DNA of 64,000 nt. Source: Octopus vulgaris. Lineage: Eukaryota. A model generated the notes under the pieces. That model was not told the DNA's origin. It did not search any database and saw nothing but the letters and a program-made list of their open reading frames with translations. Where the stretch lies: contig OX597826.1 in the NCBI GenBank assembly GCA_951406725.2, positions 16,864,001 to 16,928,000 on the forward strand. The letters run 5' to 3'. The translations under genes and the position numbers were made by a program. This document shows positions 1 through 15,596 of the stretch, in pieces (the stretch's first letter is position 1; every line of letters begins with the position of its first letter).

Positions 1-740
1 AATATTTGGATAGGATATTCAATTTTATTATCTATTTTCAATAAAAATACTCTTAAATCTTCAAAAACTCACAGGATTCTAAACTGTCAAATATACTTTT
101 AGATTATACTTTCGTCTTTCAACATGACAAAAGGCCGAGGGTCAAGTTGATATTGTGACACACTTTTAACATATGTCGTTCTGTTTAATTCTTATTTACT
201 GAGGAATGAGAGGGAACGTTGCTTGAAACGTCATGGATTCAACTTCTTTTTCATGTTTAATAGATTTCGTTTAAACCGCTTCCTGTGTTTCATCTATATC
301 ACCCCTAATTAAAAAGTAATATCGCTTTTTTTAAAGAATTTTTGTCGCAATACATTCAGCAGGTATTATGCTTTGTGTTAAAGACCTGCACAAGTTTTAG
401 CTACTGTAACATATTTGTATGGCAATACACGATTGCATGAAAATTGATTGTATTAAATGAATTGCTTGGTTATATTTCTTACAACTTTTACGGTTTCTTG
501 TAAGAGATGAGAATACGAAACCGATCTTCTCTTCGAATAAATTAATTTCTATTTTGGTGGTGCCTCGCATATTGGTTTCATATGAAAGATACTTAAGAGT
601 TTGCAGGTCTTCAGTAAAACTCCTATACATGCGTACACACAAACATTTTTAGCCTTGAAAAAGAAGTCGGAGGGCTGAGCCTCCAACCAGGACTTTCATG
701 ACACCCGTCAAACCAGGAAATTTTCAGCATCCCTCGTAAC

Positions 741-826
741 TCTCACTCTTTCTCTCTCTTTCCCTCTCTCTCTCTCTCTCTCTGTCTCCCTGTATCTATT
801 GATAGACAGGCAGACAGACAGATAAT

Positions 827-897
<71 letters not shown>

Positions 898-898
898 A

Positions 899-932
<34 letters not shown>

Positions 933-934
933 CA
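741..934. repeat. Compound microsatellite (CT)n-(GACA)n-(GATA)n-(CATA)n
   Basis: Directly visible tandem repeats; they explain ORFs 708-935 and 743-955. Confidence 0.95.
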
Positions 935-1550
935 TATCAAAATAAGCAACATCATATCAAGTAGTAGTGCAGTACTACCGTTTCAAGCTGCTCCATTTAA
1001 TTGAACAATGCAATCATTACATCAATTTAAATGCAGTGCCATCATCAGCTGTAGAAATAAATACATAGCATTTTAACCGATTATATTAATATAATTTCTA
1101 TCAAATACTTTAGCAAAGCAAGAAGAGGGAAGAAAATCATGTTGTCGCTATTGCAGTTAAGAATAGACTACGCTATCAAGAATTGCATGAAGTCCATTAG
1201 GGGTCATAACTTGTAAAAGATTGTAATTCATTTCTGTTTCATTTATCACTTTATCAAGTACTACATCTAAGATTAGAAGACTGTTTCTGTTTTGAATAAA
1301 GGGCAAGAGTGAGTTGAAAGCTCATGGCTAGGTATGGTCATAAATATTGTCATATGCATTCCTTTTTCTCAGGAGTAGTCACTAGGAGTAGTCAATTGGA
1401 TATAGAGTAACTGTCTATAAAAAAGAGGCTGGGTAGAGGAAGACTCAAAGTCATGATGTTCATTGCCAGTTAAAGGGGTAAGACGCTAAGAAACCTAGAC
1501 TGTTAATACAGAGGAAATCTTATCTTGGAATACTACGTGATTGTCCTTTT

Positions 1551-1752
1551 ATATTCTTTTACTTGTTTCAGTCATTTTGATTGTGGCCATGCTGAAGCAC
1601 CGCCTTTAGTCGAGTAAATCGACTCCAGGACTTATTCTTTGTACGCCTAGTACTTATTCTATCGATCTCTTTTGCCGAACCACTAAGTTACGGGCATGTA
1701 AACGCAGCAGCATCGGTTGTCAAGCACATACACACACACGCACACACACACT

Positions 1753-1829
<77 letters not shown>

Positions 1830-1991
1830 GACGGGCTTCTTTCTGTTTCCGTCTACCAAATCCACTCACAAGGGTTTGGTCGGCCTGAGGCTATAGTAGA
1901 AGACACTTGCCCAAGGTACCACGTAGTGGGACTGAACCCGGAACTATGTGGTTGGTTAGCAAGCTACTTACCACACAGCCACTCCTGCGCC
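1551..1991 (-). mobile_element. tRNA-derived SINE, family A (internal CA/TA microsatellite), full length
   Basis: Minus-strand head GGCGCAGGAGTGGCTGTGTGGT (A-box-like), GGGTTCAGTCC (B-box-like), CCTTGGGCAAGTG block, internal (TA)n(TG)n, tail GACTGAAACAAGTAAAAGAAT. Several more copies in the window. Confidence 0.9.
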
Positions 1992-3084
1992 CTTGTTCAT
2001 AATACATGATTATTTATAAAAAAATATGCTGTACAAAAATTAAATTTAAGATTTTCAAAAATGAAATCATAACCAAAATAGTTAAAATATGTGTATATAA
2101 ATATACACACATTTATAAATTATAAATTATAAATATTAAAAAGGAAATATTACATAGAATCAGTTTAATGTTCATTCATGTACTTCATTAATTACGTATT
2201 AGGTGGTTTATATTAAGACTGCTCAGGGCATTTACTTTTGGAATGCTGGAAAGATAAACATGCTATCTATATATTAATTTTTAACCAAGAATAAAAATAA
2301 TAAATATGTGTAGAGATACACACAAATATTTATATACGTGCACACATGCACATACGCTAATATTTATACGTTTATATGGATATAGTATAACCATCTTGCA
2401 TAGAATTAAGTAACTGGAAAGTATCTATTTACAAACAAGATAAATAGCAGTTTATAAGGGATAAGAGGTTAATAAGTAAGGATATCAAAATAAGAAAACA
2501 AAATAATGAGAATTTATAGAAAATAATAAGAGATACATATAACTTACATTTAAAGAGACAAGGGATTAAAATTTGAGGTAGAAAAGAGATAAAGGTAACC
2601 CGAAAAAGGGGTAGTAGGTATGGACGTAATGTGGGCAGTTAGAGGTATACAGACCGAAGAAATTTTATAAGTTGTAATGTTACAGGTGCTATTGTATATA
2701 TGATTTTATAGTTTCTGAGGGTATATAATTTAGTCGAGAGGAGTCTTGCTTACATAAAGTCACTACAAATATGCATAATATGATCAGTAGGGTAGAACAT
2801 CATAGAAAGGAAAATAGTTTAATTACCAAAAATATGTTGAAGTCAGACTAACTAGACAGGAATTATGCGATGGTATTACATATAGCACACCACCTACCAT
2901 AACATACAGCTTATAACATATGGAATGCAATTTAATTTACCATATAACATAATATCCTATGATTTTATTATATATAATATAAGATAGATAGATAGATAGA
3001 TACACACATAAAGGATCTATCTAATGGTGGGGATACAAACACATACACAAAGATATACACACACATGACAGGCTTCTATGACTA

Positions 3085-4020
<936 letters not shown>

Positions 4021-4417
4021 CATGCGTATGTATGCATCTGATTTGTTGCCTCAATGTGTGTTTGTATATATCTATGCGCACACATATTATTCTGACACTT
4101 TTCGTCGAAGAATAATGAAGTTTGAAATTAGCTTCCTGATGAAATTTGATATACCCAGTGAGTCACACGCTTGAAGTCATACATTTACATTAGGTAATAT
4201 ACTCCGTTAACTACGAATAACCAAAATCTTTAGGAAAAATAATATCATGTCTTGATCCCAAAATTATCTGAATCCCAAGTCAACACACAATTTGATCATA
4301 GTAGCCAAATTTAATCATACAGGCCAAATAAATTCCACCCACTCCCCCGAACGAATTGATGTAGTAAACATAGGAAAAGTATTGGCGTTATCATGACTGG
4401 CAAAACACTGACGATGT

Positions 4418-5060
4418 CTTCTTCTTGCCTTTAGACAGCATTCACTCAGGGCGGGTTGAGCTGGCTTCATTCATCCTCAATGCTGCATCTCTCATAAACG
4501 CCGACCAGGTCTGGCGATTTGAGGCTAACGACCGCGTGATCTCCAACCACTCCCTATTCCAGCGGCAAACACCGTAGACATGGGTTCCAGATCAGCATTG
4601 ACTGTCATCAGCCGGGTTTTTCGTTGTCCACCACATCGCTTTCGCCAACCCTGAAGGGGAGCGCGGGCAATTGCTTCGTAGATGAATTATGGTTGACGAC
4701 GGAGGGCATGACCCAGCCAACACAGACGTCTTGGTAGGATGGCTTGTCGGAGGGAGGTGATTCTGCACTGGTGTCGCACCGAATTGTTGGAGACAAAGTG
4801 ATGCCGTCGGACACGAAGGATGAGGCGTAGACAGAGGTGATCGAAGGATTCTAGTCGCTTAACATCTTCCACCCTCATCGGCTATGACTCGCTGCCGTAA
4901 AGGAGAATCGTTCGCGCTAGTGCTTGGTAGATCCGTACTTCGGTGGTGCGTCGGATCTCAGATCTTGACCGGAGTCGTGCACTCAGTCGGTTGAAGGCTT
5001 GGCGAGTGAGGTCGATTCGTGTTTTAATGTCAGCCTCACCTTGACCTGTGACTGACGAGG
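4418..5060 (-). mobile_element. RTE-clade LINE, 5'-truncated 3' fragment
   Basis: DIKTRIDLTRQAFNRL...RIYQALARTILLYGSES*...LESFDHLCLRLILRV...RRLCWLGHALRR is the typical RTE post-RT region; short AAG-type tail. Confidence 0.85.
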
Positions 5061-5491
5061 TGGTTGTTTAGAAAGTTTATTTCATTCCAATAATTTCATA
5101 AATACAATGTTCCAAACTGAAAGATTCAACATCAATGTAAAAATTATATCTTAAGTGAAGTGAAACAGATAGGACCATTTACAATATCCAATATTTTCTC
5201 TTGGTATGAAGACGTTTTATTTATTTCACGACGTTTTATTTATTTTTCATTTGATATATATTATTTATCATTTTGCCTCCATCAACTTAAGCATTTCTGT
5301 GTTTCATGGATGACAAGTAAAAATCGTACGAGATAAGTATTATAATAAGGCAGTGAGAACATTGCTTTCATAAAACCGAATACATTTCCAACGAATTTTA
5401 AACGCATTAATGCGACTAGGATTCATGCTAATTTATTGTTACACACATGCGCAGACAGATGCATACTTATCTACACACACACGCACACGCT

Positions 5492-5562
<71 letters not shown>

Positions 5563-5669
5563 AATTATGTTCCTTTCGTGTGCAGAGAAGTTCATACTAG
5601 AATACATTAACTTAATGCTCTTTGATATTTACAGTGTTCTGTATTAGTAATGTTGAACCCTAGAAGCCA

Positions 5670-6003
5670 TTCATTATCATCATCGTTCGACCGTGGTCGA
5701 GACAATGGAAATTACTATGTTACTCCAGACTTCACGGTCCATCATAGCATTACGGAGGTCCTGTTGCTGGATGCCTGTATCCCTGGAGATTACATCGGGG
5801 TAGGAGAGTGTGCGCCCTCTGGTATCGCGAGCAGATGGCTTCCAGAGGAGAAGAGTAGAAATTACCTCGTTTTCAGCTCTACAACAAAGTCCAGCAAACT
5901 GGACTCTTCTACCTTTCACAAGAGATGATACAGGTGGTAATTTCCCATATATTTGTACTTTGGTTGGATGACGCTTCCACGAGAGATTCTGAGCTCTCAT
6001 AAG
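5670..6003 (-). mobile_element. RTE-like LINE 3' fragment (second family)
   Basis: ORF 5680-6000 NLSWKRHPTKVQIYG...RRVQFAG...LLLWKP...GRTLSYPD...AMMDREVW followed by a (TGA)n-like tail. Confidence 0.8.
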
Positions 6004-6889
6004 ACGGCGAAGCTATTACTCTGCAGCCAGTGCCTACATATTCACACAATGTATACACGTATCTGAGATAGCATTTACCTATGTTTGTATTATGAAACAT
6101 GTATTTATTTAGAAAGTTGTTCAAACATTATGAAACTGGAATGCGTAATTTCATGATATTATGTAGTTAAGTCTGATATCACATGCACGTTATTATGTCA
6201 GTATAATATATATGTGCATTGTGTCGTGCGTAGTTTAAGCGTTATTTATTGGGCATTCAAACCACCATTAGCTCATATTTTTACCTTGAATTACTTCTGA
6301 AGTATGTCCGTTAGTCTTTCATTTTCTGCAAAGCTAATGGTCATCTACATGTACGAGAAAGTTACTGCAGTTCTGATAAGGAATAATATCCCAATGCAAT
6401 ACATGTATGTTTCGACATGTAAAACGATATTCTTGTAGTATTTTACAGTAATTGCCACATACTTCCTTGTAAATGCAATAGTCGTTTGACAATTGCATTT
6501 AGAATGGAATTTATAGTTCAATTGATTAAAAACAACAGAGATACACACAAAAGATAACGGAATGGCATATTCTAGTAAACTGAAATAAAGTGATGCTATT
6601 ATAAGGAAAGATACACTATAAGTAAAGACAAAGTTTTGCTAGACTTATAAATGGGTTCATCATTAAATAAATGCACAGAACGATGCGTATGGATGTAGAT
6701 TGAAAAGCTGGTTACTATCTCTTACGGCAAAGGAAAAAAAGATTTACTTGTAAGAAAATTTGAGGGAAGGTAAGCTTACAATTTTTAGAATGCAAATGTA
6801 TTAATTAAATAAAATTTTGAATAAAGATTTTATATTTTCTGGAATGAATTAGAAGTCAGAAATTGGTTTAGAGGCCCAATAGTTCAATA

Positions 6890-6925
<36 letters not shown>

Positions 6926-7169
6926 AAATATTTCGGAATGGTCATTTTGCCAGTTTAGCCAATAAAAACACACGCACTATATATTTGGCGTTATTTTGCT
7001 TCAGTGTTATTTATTTTTTACATTAATCTTAATCTTATTTCGGCCAGAGTTCTTTCGTCACCGCATATATATATTTATATATATATATTATGAGATATAG
7101 AAAGGGAGAAGACAAATATGCGAACAAAAAGACGCTGAAATCGAGAGAAACAAAGCTGCGGAAGGAAGG

Positions 7170-7313
7170 AAGAAGAAGAAGAAGAAGAAGAAGAAGAAGA
7201 AGAAGAAGAAGAAGAAGAAGAAGAAGAAGAAGAAGAAGAAGAAGAAGAAGAAGAAGAAGAAGAAGAAGAAGAAGAAGAAGAAGAAGAAGAAGAAGGAGAA
7301 GAAGAAGAAGAAG
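7170..7313. repeat. (GAA)n microsatellite, ~140 bp
   Basis: Directly visible; source of the poly-L/F/R ORFs. Confidence 0.97.
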
Positions 7314-7596
7314 AGTATCATATGCAAAGCTGATTAAACTATTATATGCAATAGGAACGTGTGTGGTGGTTTGGAGATGAAGAAAGAAATCACAGAATAG
7401 AAAAGTTGAAGTATAATAATATAGGCAAACGAGTCTGATAATCCTCTCAACGTGGGATATAGGGTCAATGATAATAGATGATAAAGAAATGTGAAAATAC
7501 AGCATCTATAGAAAGGTAACGAAAGACATAAGTGAGCTAAAGGAGAAACCGCATTCCACTAATTAAGTAAAGCTTGTAATCGAAGCTAATGATTCT

Positions 7597-7725
7597 TTTC
7601 GAATTTTGGCACAAGGCCAACAGTTTCGGGGGAAAGGGGTAAGCCGATTACATCGAGCCCAGTACTCAACTGGTTCGTATTTTATCGATCCTGAAAGTAT
7701 GAAAGGCAAATTCGACCCTGGCAGT
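7597..7725 (-). mobile_element. SINE family B, 3' fragment
   Basis: TTTTGGCACAAGGCC...GATTACATCGA.CCCAGT..TCAACTGGT...TTTATCGA...ATGAAAGGCAAA matches copies at 30946-31972 and 38788-39207. Confidence 0.85.
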
Positions 7726-8350
7726 ATTAAGCGAATATAATTATTGAGATTTTGAACATTGATTGGTAGTTAAAACAAAACAAAAAAGAACATAACTATC
7801 GAGTCTGCGGGATACAACATGGTGTGAAGTTACAGTCTGAACAATACCTAAATTAATGAATATATCGTGGTTAAAAATGTTTTTAAAAACTCGATAAAGC
7901 TCATTAGTATGGTTCTGAAAGTATTAGGCAATTACATAATTTATCGAATCGTATGATACATCATGGTGAAAAAAACAACAAAACAACAATACACAACCAG
8001 CTAAACTATGATGTTTCACAAAGAAAACTAATTAGTGGGATTTTGAAAGATACTTCTAGTTTCATTTTACGTGAAGAAATATAAACTTGCTCAAATGAAA
8101 TGAATATCTTCATCTGAAAAATTCCGTCTTACTTTCTTCATGCATATTTCGTTATTTTTTCTTAACGGAAAGTTGCTCCAACTTCATTCTACACTTTGAA
8201 ATAGATTATTTTCTATGTACTAATTGTGTACTTTTTATGCATTTCAACTTAGTTTTCCTTATTAACTCACTTTCTGCGAAAATGCAGTGAGACTGGCCAA
8301 CTTTCGCCGGCAACCTCACTTTGCACGTCTTGTAAATTACACAAACGCGC

Positions 8351-8406
<56 letters not shown>

Positions 8407-8468
8407 GTATTTATTTATGTATGAATGTATGTATGTACGTATGTATGTATACATGCATGTGTATATAA

Positions 8469-8522
<54 letters not shown>

Positions 8523-8597
8523 ATGTATATATATAAACATATATACATACATAGAAACATGCATACGCACACAGACATGAATACATATATATATATG

Positions 8598-8998
8598 TGT
8601 GTGGAGGTGCAATGGCCCAGTGGTTAGGGCAGCAGATTCGCGGTCGTCGGATCGCGGTTTCGATTCCCAGACCGGGCGTTGTGAGTGTGAGAGTTTATTG
8701 AACAAAAACACATAAAAAAGATCAACGAGGCTCCGGCATGAGTGGGTGGCGACCCCTGGTGTACTCTTCCACTACAACTTTCTCTCACTCTATCTTCCTA
8801 TTTCCTTTGTACCTGTATTTCAAAGGGCCAACTTTGTCACACTCTGTGCCACGCTCAATCTCCTCGAGAACTACGTTAAGAAGAGTACACGTGTCTGTGG
8901 AGTGCTCAGAACTTGCACGTCCATTTCATGTGCAGGCTGTTCCATTGATCGGATCGACTGGACCCCTCGTCGTCGTAACTGACGGAGTGTCACTACAA
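8598..8998 (+). mobile_element. tRNA-derived SINE, family C1
   Basis: TGGCCCAGTGGTTAGGGCAG (A box) and GGTTTCGATTCC (B box); head and 5' body shared with 54852-55147; flanked by TA microsatellites. Confidence 0.85.
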
Positions 8999-9021
8999 TT
9001 ATATATATATGTATATAAATA

Positions 9022-9059
<38 letters not shown>

Positions 9060-9093
9060 CATATATATATATATATATGTATGTATGTATGTA

Positions 9094-9145
<52 letters not shown>

Positions 9146-9204
9146 TATATATATATATATATATACATATATATATACATACATACGTACGTACATACAT
9201 ACAT

Positions 9205-9438
9205 AGATGTGTGACATGGAGCGTTGTCCTGTTAAAAGATAACAGTTTTTCGACACTCCTGGATGCAATTTAGCAATTGATGTCTCTAAAACATCTGATA
9301 ACATACAAACGTGGGGTAGCTGAATTCATCCTTCCCTGACAAAAAATATTTCTCCGGGTCCTGTGGTACCAGACATTCAGCCTTAAGTGCTTCCCTAATT
9401 CTGCGACGAACGAAAGATGCACCAGATGTTCCGAAAAC
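9205..9438 (-). pseudogene. Tc1 transposase, putative exon 2 (VFGTSGASFVRRR...QDNAPCHT)
   Basis: Follows a TTTTATGCTTTTACTCAG acceptor; continues the Tc1 consensus with frameshifts and a stop. Confidence 0.72.
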
Positions 9439-9479
9439 CTGAGTAAAAGCATAAAAATAATACTGGCTTTATGTTGGAT

Positions 9480-9538
<59 letters not shown>

Positions 9539-9593
9539 CAACAAACCAGTTACATTAATGTTATTTGTTGATTAATTACATGTACAATCTTGC

Positions 9594-10067
9594 CTCATAG
9601 TTATTTTCATCGGACCATATGACTTTTGACCATTGCTCACTGGTCCAATTTGAGTGGTTTTTGGTCCGCTGAAGACGTTTTTCCATATTTGCTTCAGAAA
9701 CCCACGGCTTCTTCCTGGCTTTACAGGCTTTCAGACCGTACTCTACAAGCCTTCTTCTAACAGTTCTGGTTGATATTTGTGAAGAATTTGCCTTGTTGAA
9801 GTCCGCACAGAGCTCTGACGATGCTTTTCTTCTATTTCTGAGTGACTGACGGATGTTGGAGCTGACATCAGAGGGTGATGTAACCTTTTTTCTGCCTGTT
9901 CTTTGTATTGTCTTCACATCTGTCTCTCTGAAGTGCTTGAGGGTCGTTTGCACAGCACATCGAGAACATTTCATCTTCTGAGCAATTTCCCTTTGAGACA
10001 TTCCATCTTCATGATGATCTACGATTTGACCTCGATCACAGTCACTCAACTCCCTAGCTTTAGGCTT
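9594..10067 (-). pseudogene. Tc1 transposase, putative exon 1 (HTH to WSDENNYE)
   Basis: Open frame; the expected start appears mutated (AAG CCT AAA GCT); ends GAG|GCAAGA. Confidence 0.75.
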
Positions 10068-10437
10068 TTTACCATTTATTAACTGTCTCTACAATGTATT
10101 TTTGCATAAAACTCTGAAATAATCAAGGAAACATAAGTTAATTTTAGACATCGATCTTACTCATAATTGATTGCATATGTACAGTATAAAAGTGGTAATC
10201 GATGGTAAAGGAGGGTCAACTAGATATTAAAACTAATGTATATTGTGAAATATACCATAATCTACCATGTGCACAAGTTTCATTAACATTGAGATAGCAT
10301 AACTCCAAAACATTGGGGTAGCCTGATACTCTTGGCCAAGGAAGCATATATATATATATAGCTCCTTCTTCTGGTATAGCCACCATTTATGAATTTATAT
10401 ATATATATATATAAATGGTGTAACACATGTATTGAGT

Positions 10438-10491
<54 letters not shown>

Positions 10492-10525
10492 TGAGTACAT
10501 ATATATATATATATATATGTATTGA

Positions 10526-10568
<43 letters not shown>

Positions 10569-11082
10569 GTACATATATATATATATATATATATATGAAA
10601 AAATGAGTATATATATATATGAATGGTGTAACACAAGTATTGATTACATTTTAGAGCGTTTACAAACACAAAGTCATTTATGCGCCTATCCATGGCTGGT
10701 TTTCGAGTATACATATTAATAATCGGTTGTAGACATATATTTAAACGATAAATGATTTAGTATAATATTTTCCTAGGTTTCTTAATCCAGTAAGCCAATC
10801 GGAGAATTGGCAAGTATGACAATAAATATTTGGCATGGAACTTTATTTCATTTCACAGTATTTGAAGTTAGCCATTTCTCGGTAGCCAGCCTGAAATTAT
10901 CAACGTATTGTATTTAATCAAAGCTATCAATCTCCTTGCTCCACTACGGTCTACAGCTTTAATCCCGCCAAATATTGAACCAATTTTATAATAATTGCCA
11001 TGCACATTACAAAGCAATATCGATTAGAATCATTTATTGCCAATTCACCCATTATTGTTGTTGTTACTTCTGTATATGATGC

Positions 11083-11149
<67 letters not shown>

Positions 11150-11439
11150 TTAATTTCTATTGACAGCTGACTTAGGTGTGTTTTCAATTCGTCTAGCTGG
11201 TTTCAGAATGAATGATTTTTTTTCTCTTTTATTACTCTGTTATGTAAACAACTAATCCTAATGGTTTATTGGATCTATTTTTTCTCTACCTTTCGGATTA
11301 TTATTCCCCCAAGCAAATTTCGTAGAAAATAATTAATTTAAGGCACAAGAAGCAGTGTTGATTGAAATATGTGCTTATACAATCACATTTAACACGTTAG
11401 CGTACATTCGAATTTCAGCTTCAAAATGCTTATGCCTAG

Positions 11440-11805
11440 CACATATACTATATAGTTGATGTTGCATGCCCCTTTGACCCACGAATACTCAGGAAGGAAG
11501 GCGAAAAGATAGTTAGATACAACCCTCTTAAGTATCAAATAACATGGCTATTACAATGAAGAAGTTGAAGATAGTGCCATCGGGGGGAATATAAAGGAAA
11601 CTGGAATAGAGTGCCCAGTAGGACTCTTACAAAATGTTTGCCTCCTTGGTACGGCCAGAATCATCAGGAAAGTATTAGATAGCTGAAAAGAGCGAATGCC
11701 ATGATACTGTAGGCTGCAGGTAGTAATCCTGCTGTGCATGCAAGACTCCAGGAACTCCAGCAAAACCTGTGCTAAAGAGATAAGAATGGTCATAATAATG
11801 ATGAA
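11440..11805 (+). mobile_element. R4/Dong-clade LINE, short 3' fragment (REL endonuclease end plus 3' UTR)
   Basis: YIVDVACPFDPRILRKEGEKIVRY.PLKY...LLQNVCLLGTARIIRKVLDS*; paralogous to 12755-13120; tail CATAATAATGATGA. Confidence 0.85.
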
Positions 11806-13190
11806 GGCAATTCAACCTCAATACTTAACGCAGCTGGAATCAAACACCACGACGTGAAAGAAAAGACAAAAGGAAAGTACCTGCAGCGAGTGAGAAAGAT
11901 GTTGGTTTCAAAGCTGAATGCCAGAAACATAATTTCGGCAATAAGCCCACGCGCAATCGCAGTAGTTCGGTATGGTGAAAGAATTCTGAAGTGGATAGAG
12001 GAGACGCTAAAAGAGATGTACAGGAAATCAAGAAAGTTCCTAACGATGCATGGAGCCCATCATCCACCTGCAAACACCTATCAACTATACAGGAAGATAG
12101 CAAATGCAGGAAGGGGACTGATAAGTGTAGAAGACTGAGTGCGTATTGTACTCGAGAGCTTATTGAAGTACCTAGCCCAAAGTAAGGAAACTTTACTAGT
12201 AACAGTTAGGAGCGAGGGGGTACTGAGAGCAGAGAAAAAAGGGAAAACAAATGAAGAAGTACAAAAAGGACATGAAGAAGAATTACGCAAGAAAGGAAAA
12301 CACAATTCTATGTAGTCAAAACAGAAGTTCGTGGGAAAAATAGATGGGATTGGCTGATGGAAGGAACCCTAAAAAAAGAGACCGAGAATAATATACTGGC
12401 TGCGCAAGACCAGGCTTTGGCCACGAACTTGGGGGGTCAACTTTAGGAATGAGTAAGTGTCTCCGTTGTGCCGCTTCTGCAGTAGAGTGGTTGAAACCAT
12501 TGTCCATATCACGAACGGACACGTTAGACCTGCCCAAAACAACTGCAAGTTGTGGCGACACGGCCAGGTATCGAAAGTGCTACATTGGAAACTGCGAAAA
12601 GTGGAGGTTAGAGAGAAGCAAGACGTGGTATGAGAACGAACTGCAGACTGTGGTGGAGATGGAGACTAGCAAAATCCACTGCGATATCCCAATCCAAACA
12701 GAACAGGTGCTAGAGTAAAACAGACCGGACCTAGTGATGATGGGAAGGTGCACCACATATGCTATATAGTTGATGTTGCATGCCCCTCTGACCCACGAAT
12801 ACTCAAGAAGGACGGCGAAAAGATAGTTCGATAAAAGCCACTTAAGTACGAAATAGCCCGGCTGTTAAAATGAAGAAGGTGAAGATAATGCCAATTATTG
12901 TTGGGTCCTGGGGAAGAGTATCAGAATGCATCAAGAGAAATATGAAGGAAATAGAGTGCCCAGTAGAACTCTTACAAAAGGTTTACCTCCTTGGCACAGC
13001 CAGAATAACCAGGAAAGTATTAGATAGCCGAAAAGAACAGATTCCATGGTAACGTAGGCTGTAGGTAGCAAGCCCGCTACACATGTAAGACTCGATGAGC
13101 TCCAACAAAACATGTGATAAAGGTTTATCAGAGGTTTTATCAAAGTGATGATATTAATGATTATAATCATAATAATAATAATAATAATAT
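11806..13190 (+). mobile_element. R4/Dong-clade LINE, 5'-truncated, decayed
   Basis: YLQRVRKMLVSKLNARNIISAI, GRGL, ETENNILAAQDQAL, degenerate CCHC (CRFC...ETIVHI), RPDLV...IVDVACP...EK restriction-like endonuclease; (TAA)n tail at 13170-13188. Confidence 0.9.
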
Positions 13191-13199
13191 CAAACACAT

Positions 13200-15596
<2,397 letters not shown>

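Larger units (their letters stand above)
9205..10345 (-). mobile_element. Tc1-family DNA transposon, left end plus 5' two-thirds of the transposase
   Basis: Paired-like HTH (KPKARELSDCDRGQIV...GMSQREIA...GRKK), KARKKP, WSKVIWSDE (first D), then VRRR...ECLVP...QDNAPCH (second D). TIR-like CTTGGCCAAGAGTATCAGGC next to a TA run near 10320-10345. Confidence 0.88.

Noticed and set aside
2170-2960. Possible decayed Penelope remnant on the minus strand
   Set aside because: Only compositional bias; no RT or GIY-YIG motif could be read with confidence.
8605-8680. tRNA-like sequences (also 54855-54930 and the SINE A/B heads)
   Set aside because: They continue into SINE bodies and have no intact cloverleaf or terminator; SINE heads, not tRNA genes.
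10410-10650. Repeat-spacer pattern resembling a CRISPR array
   Set aside because: Repeats are 13 bp, spacers are TA/CA runs, there are no cas genes, and the context is eukaryotic.
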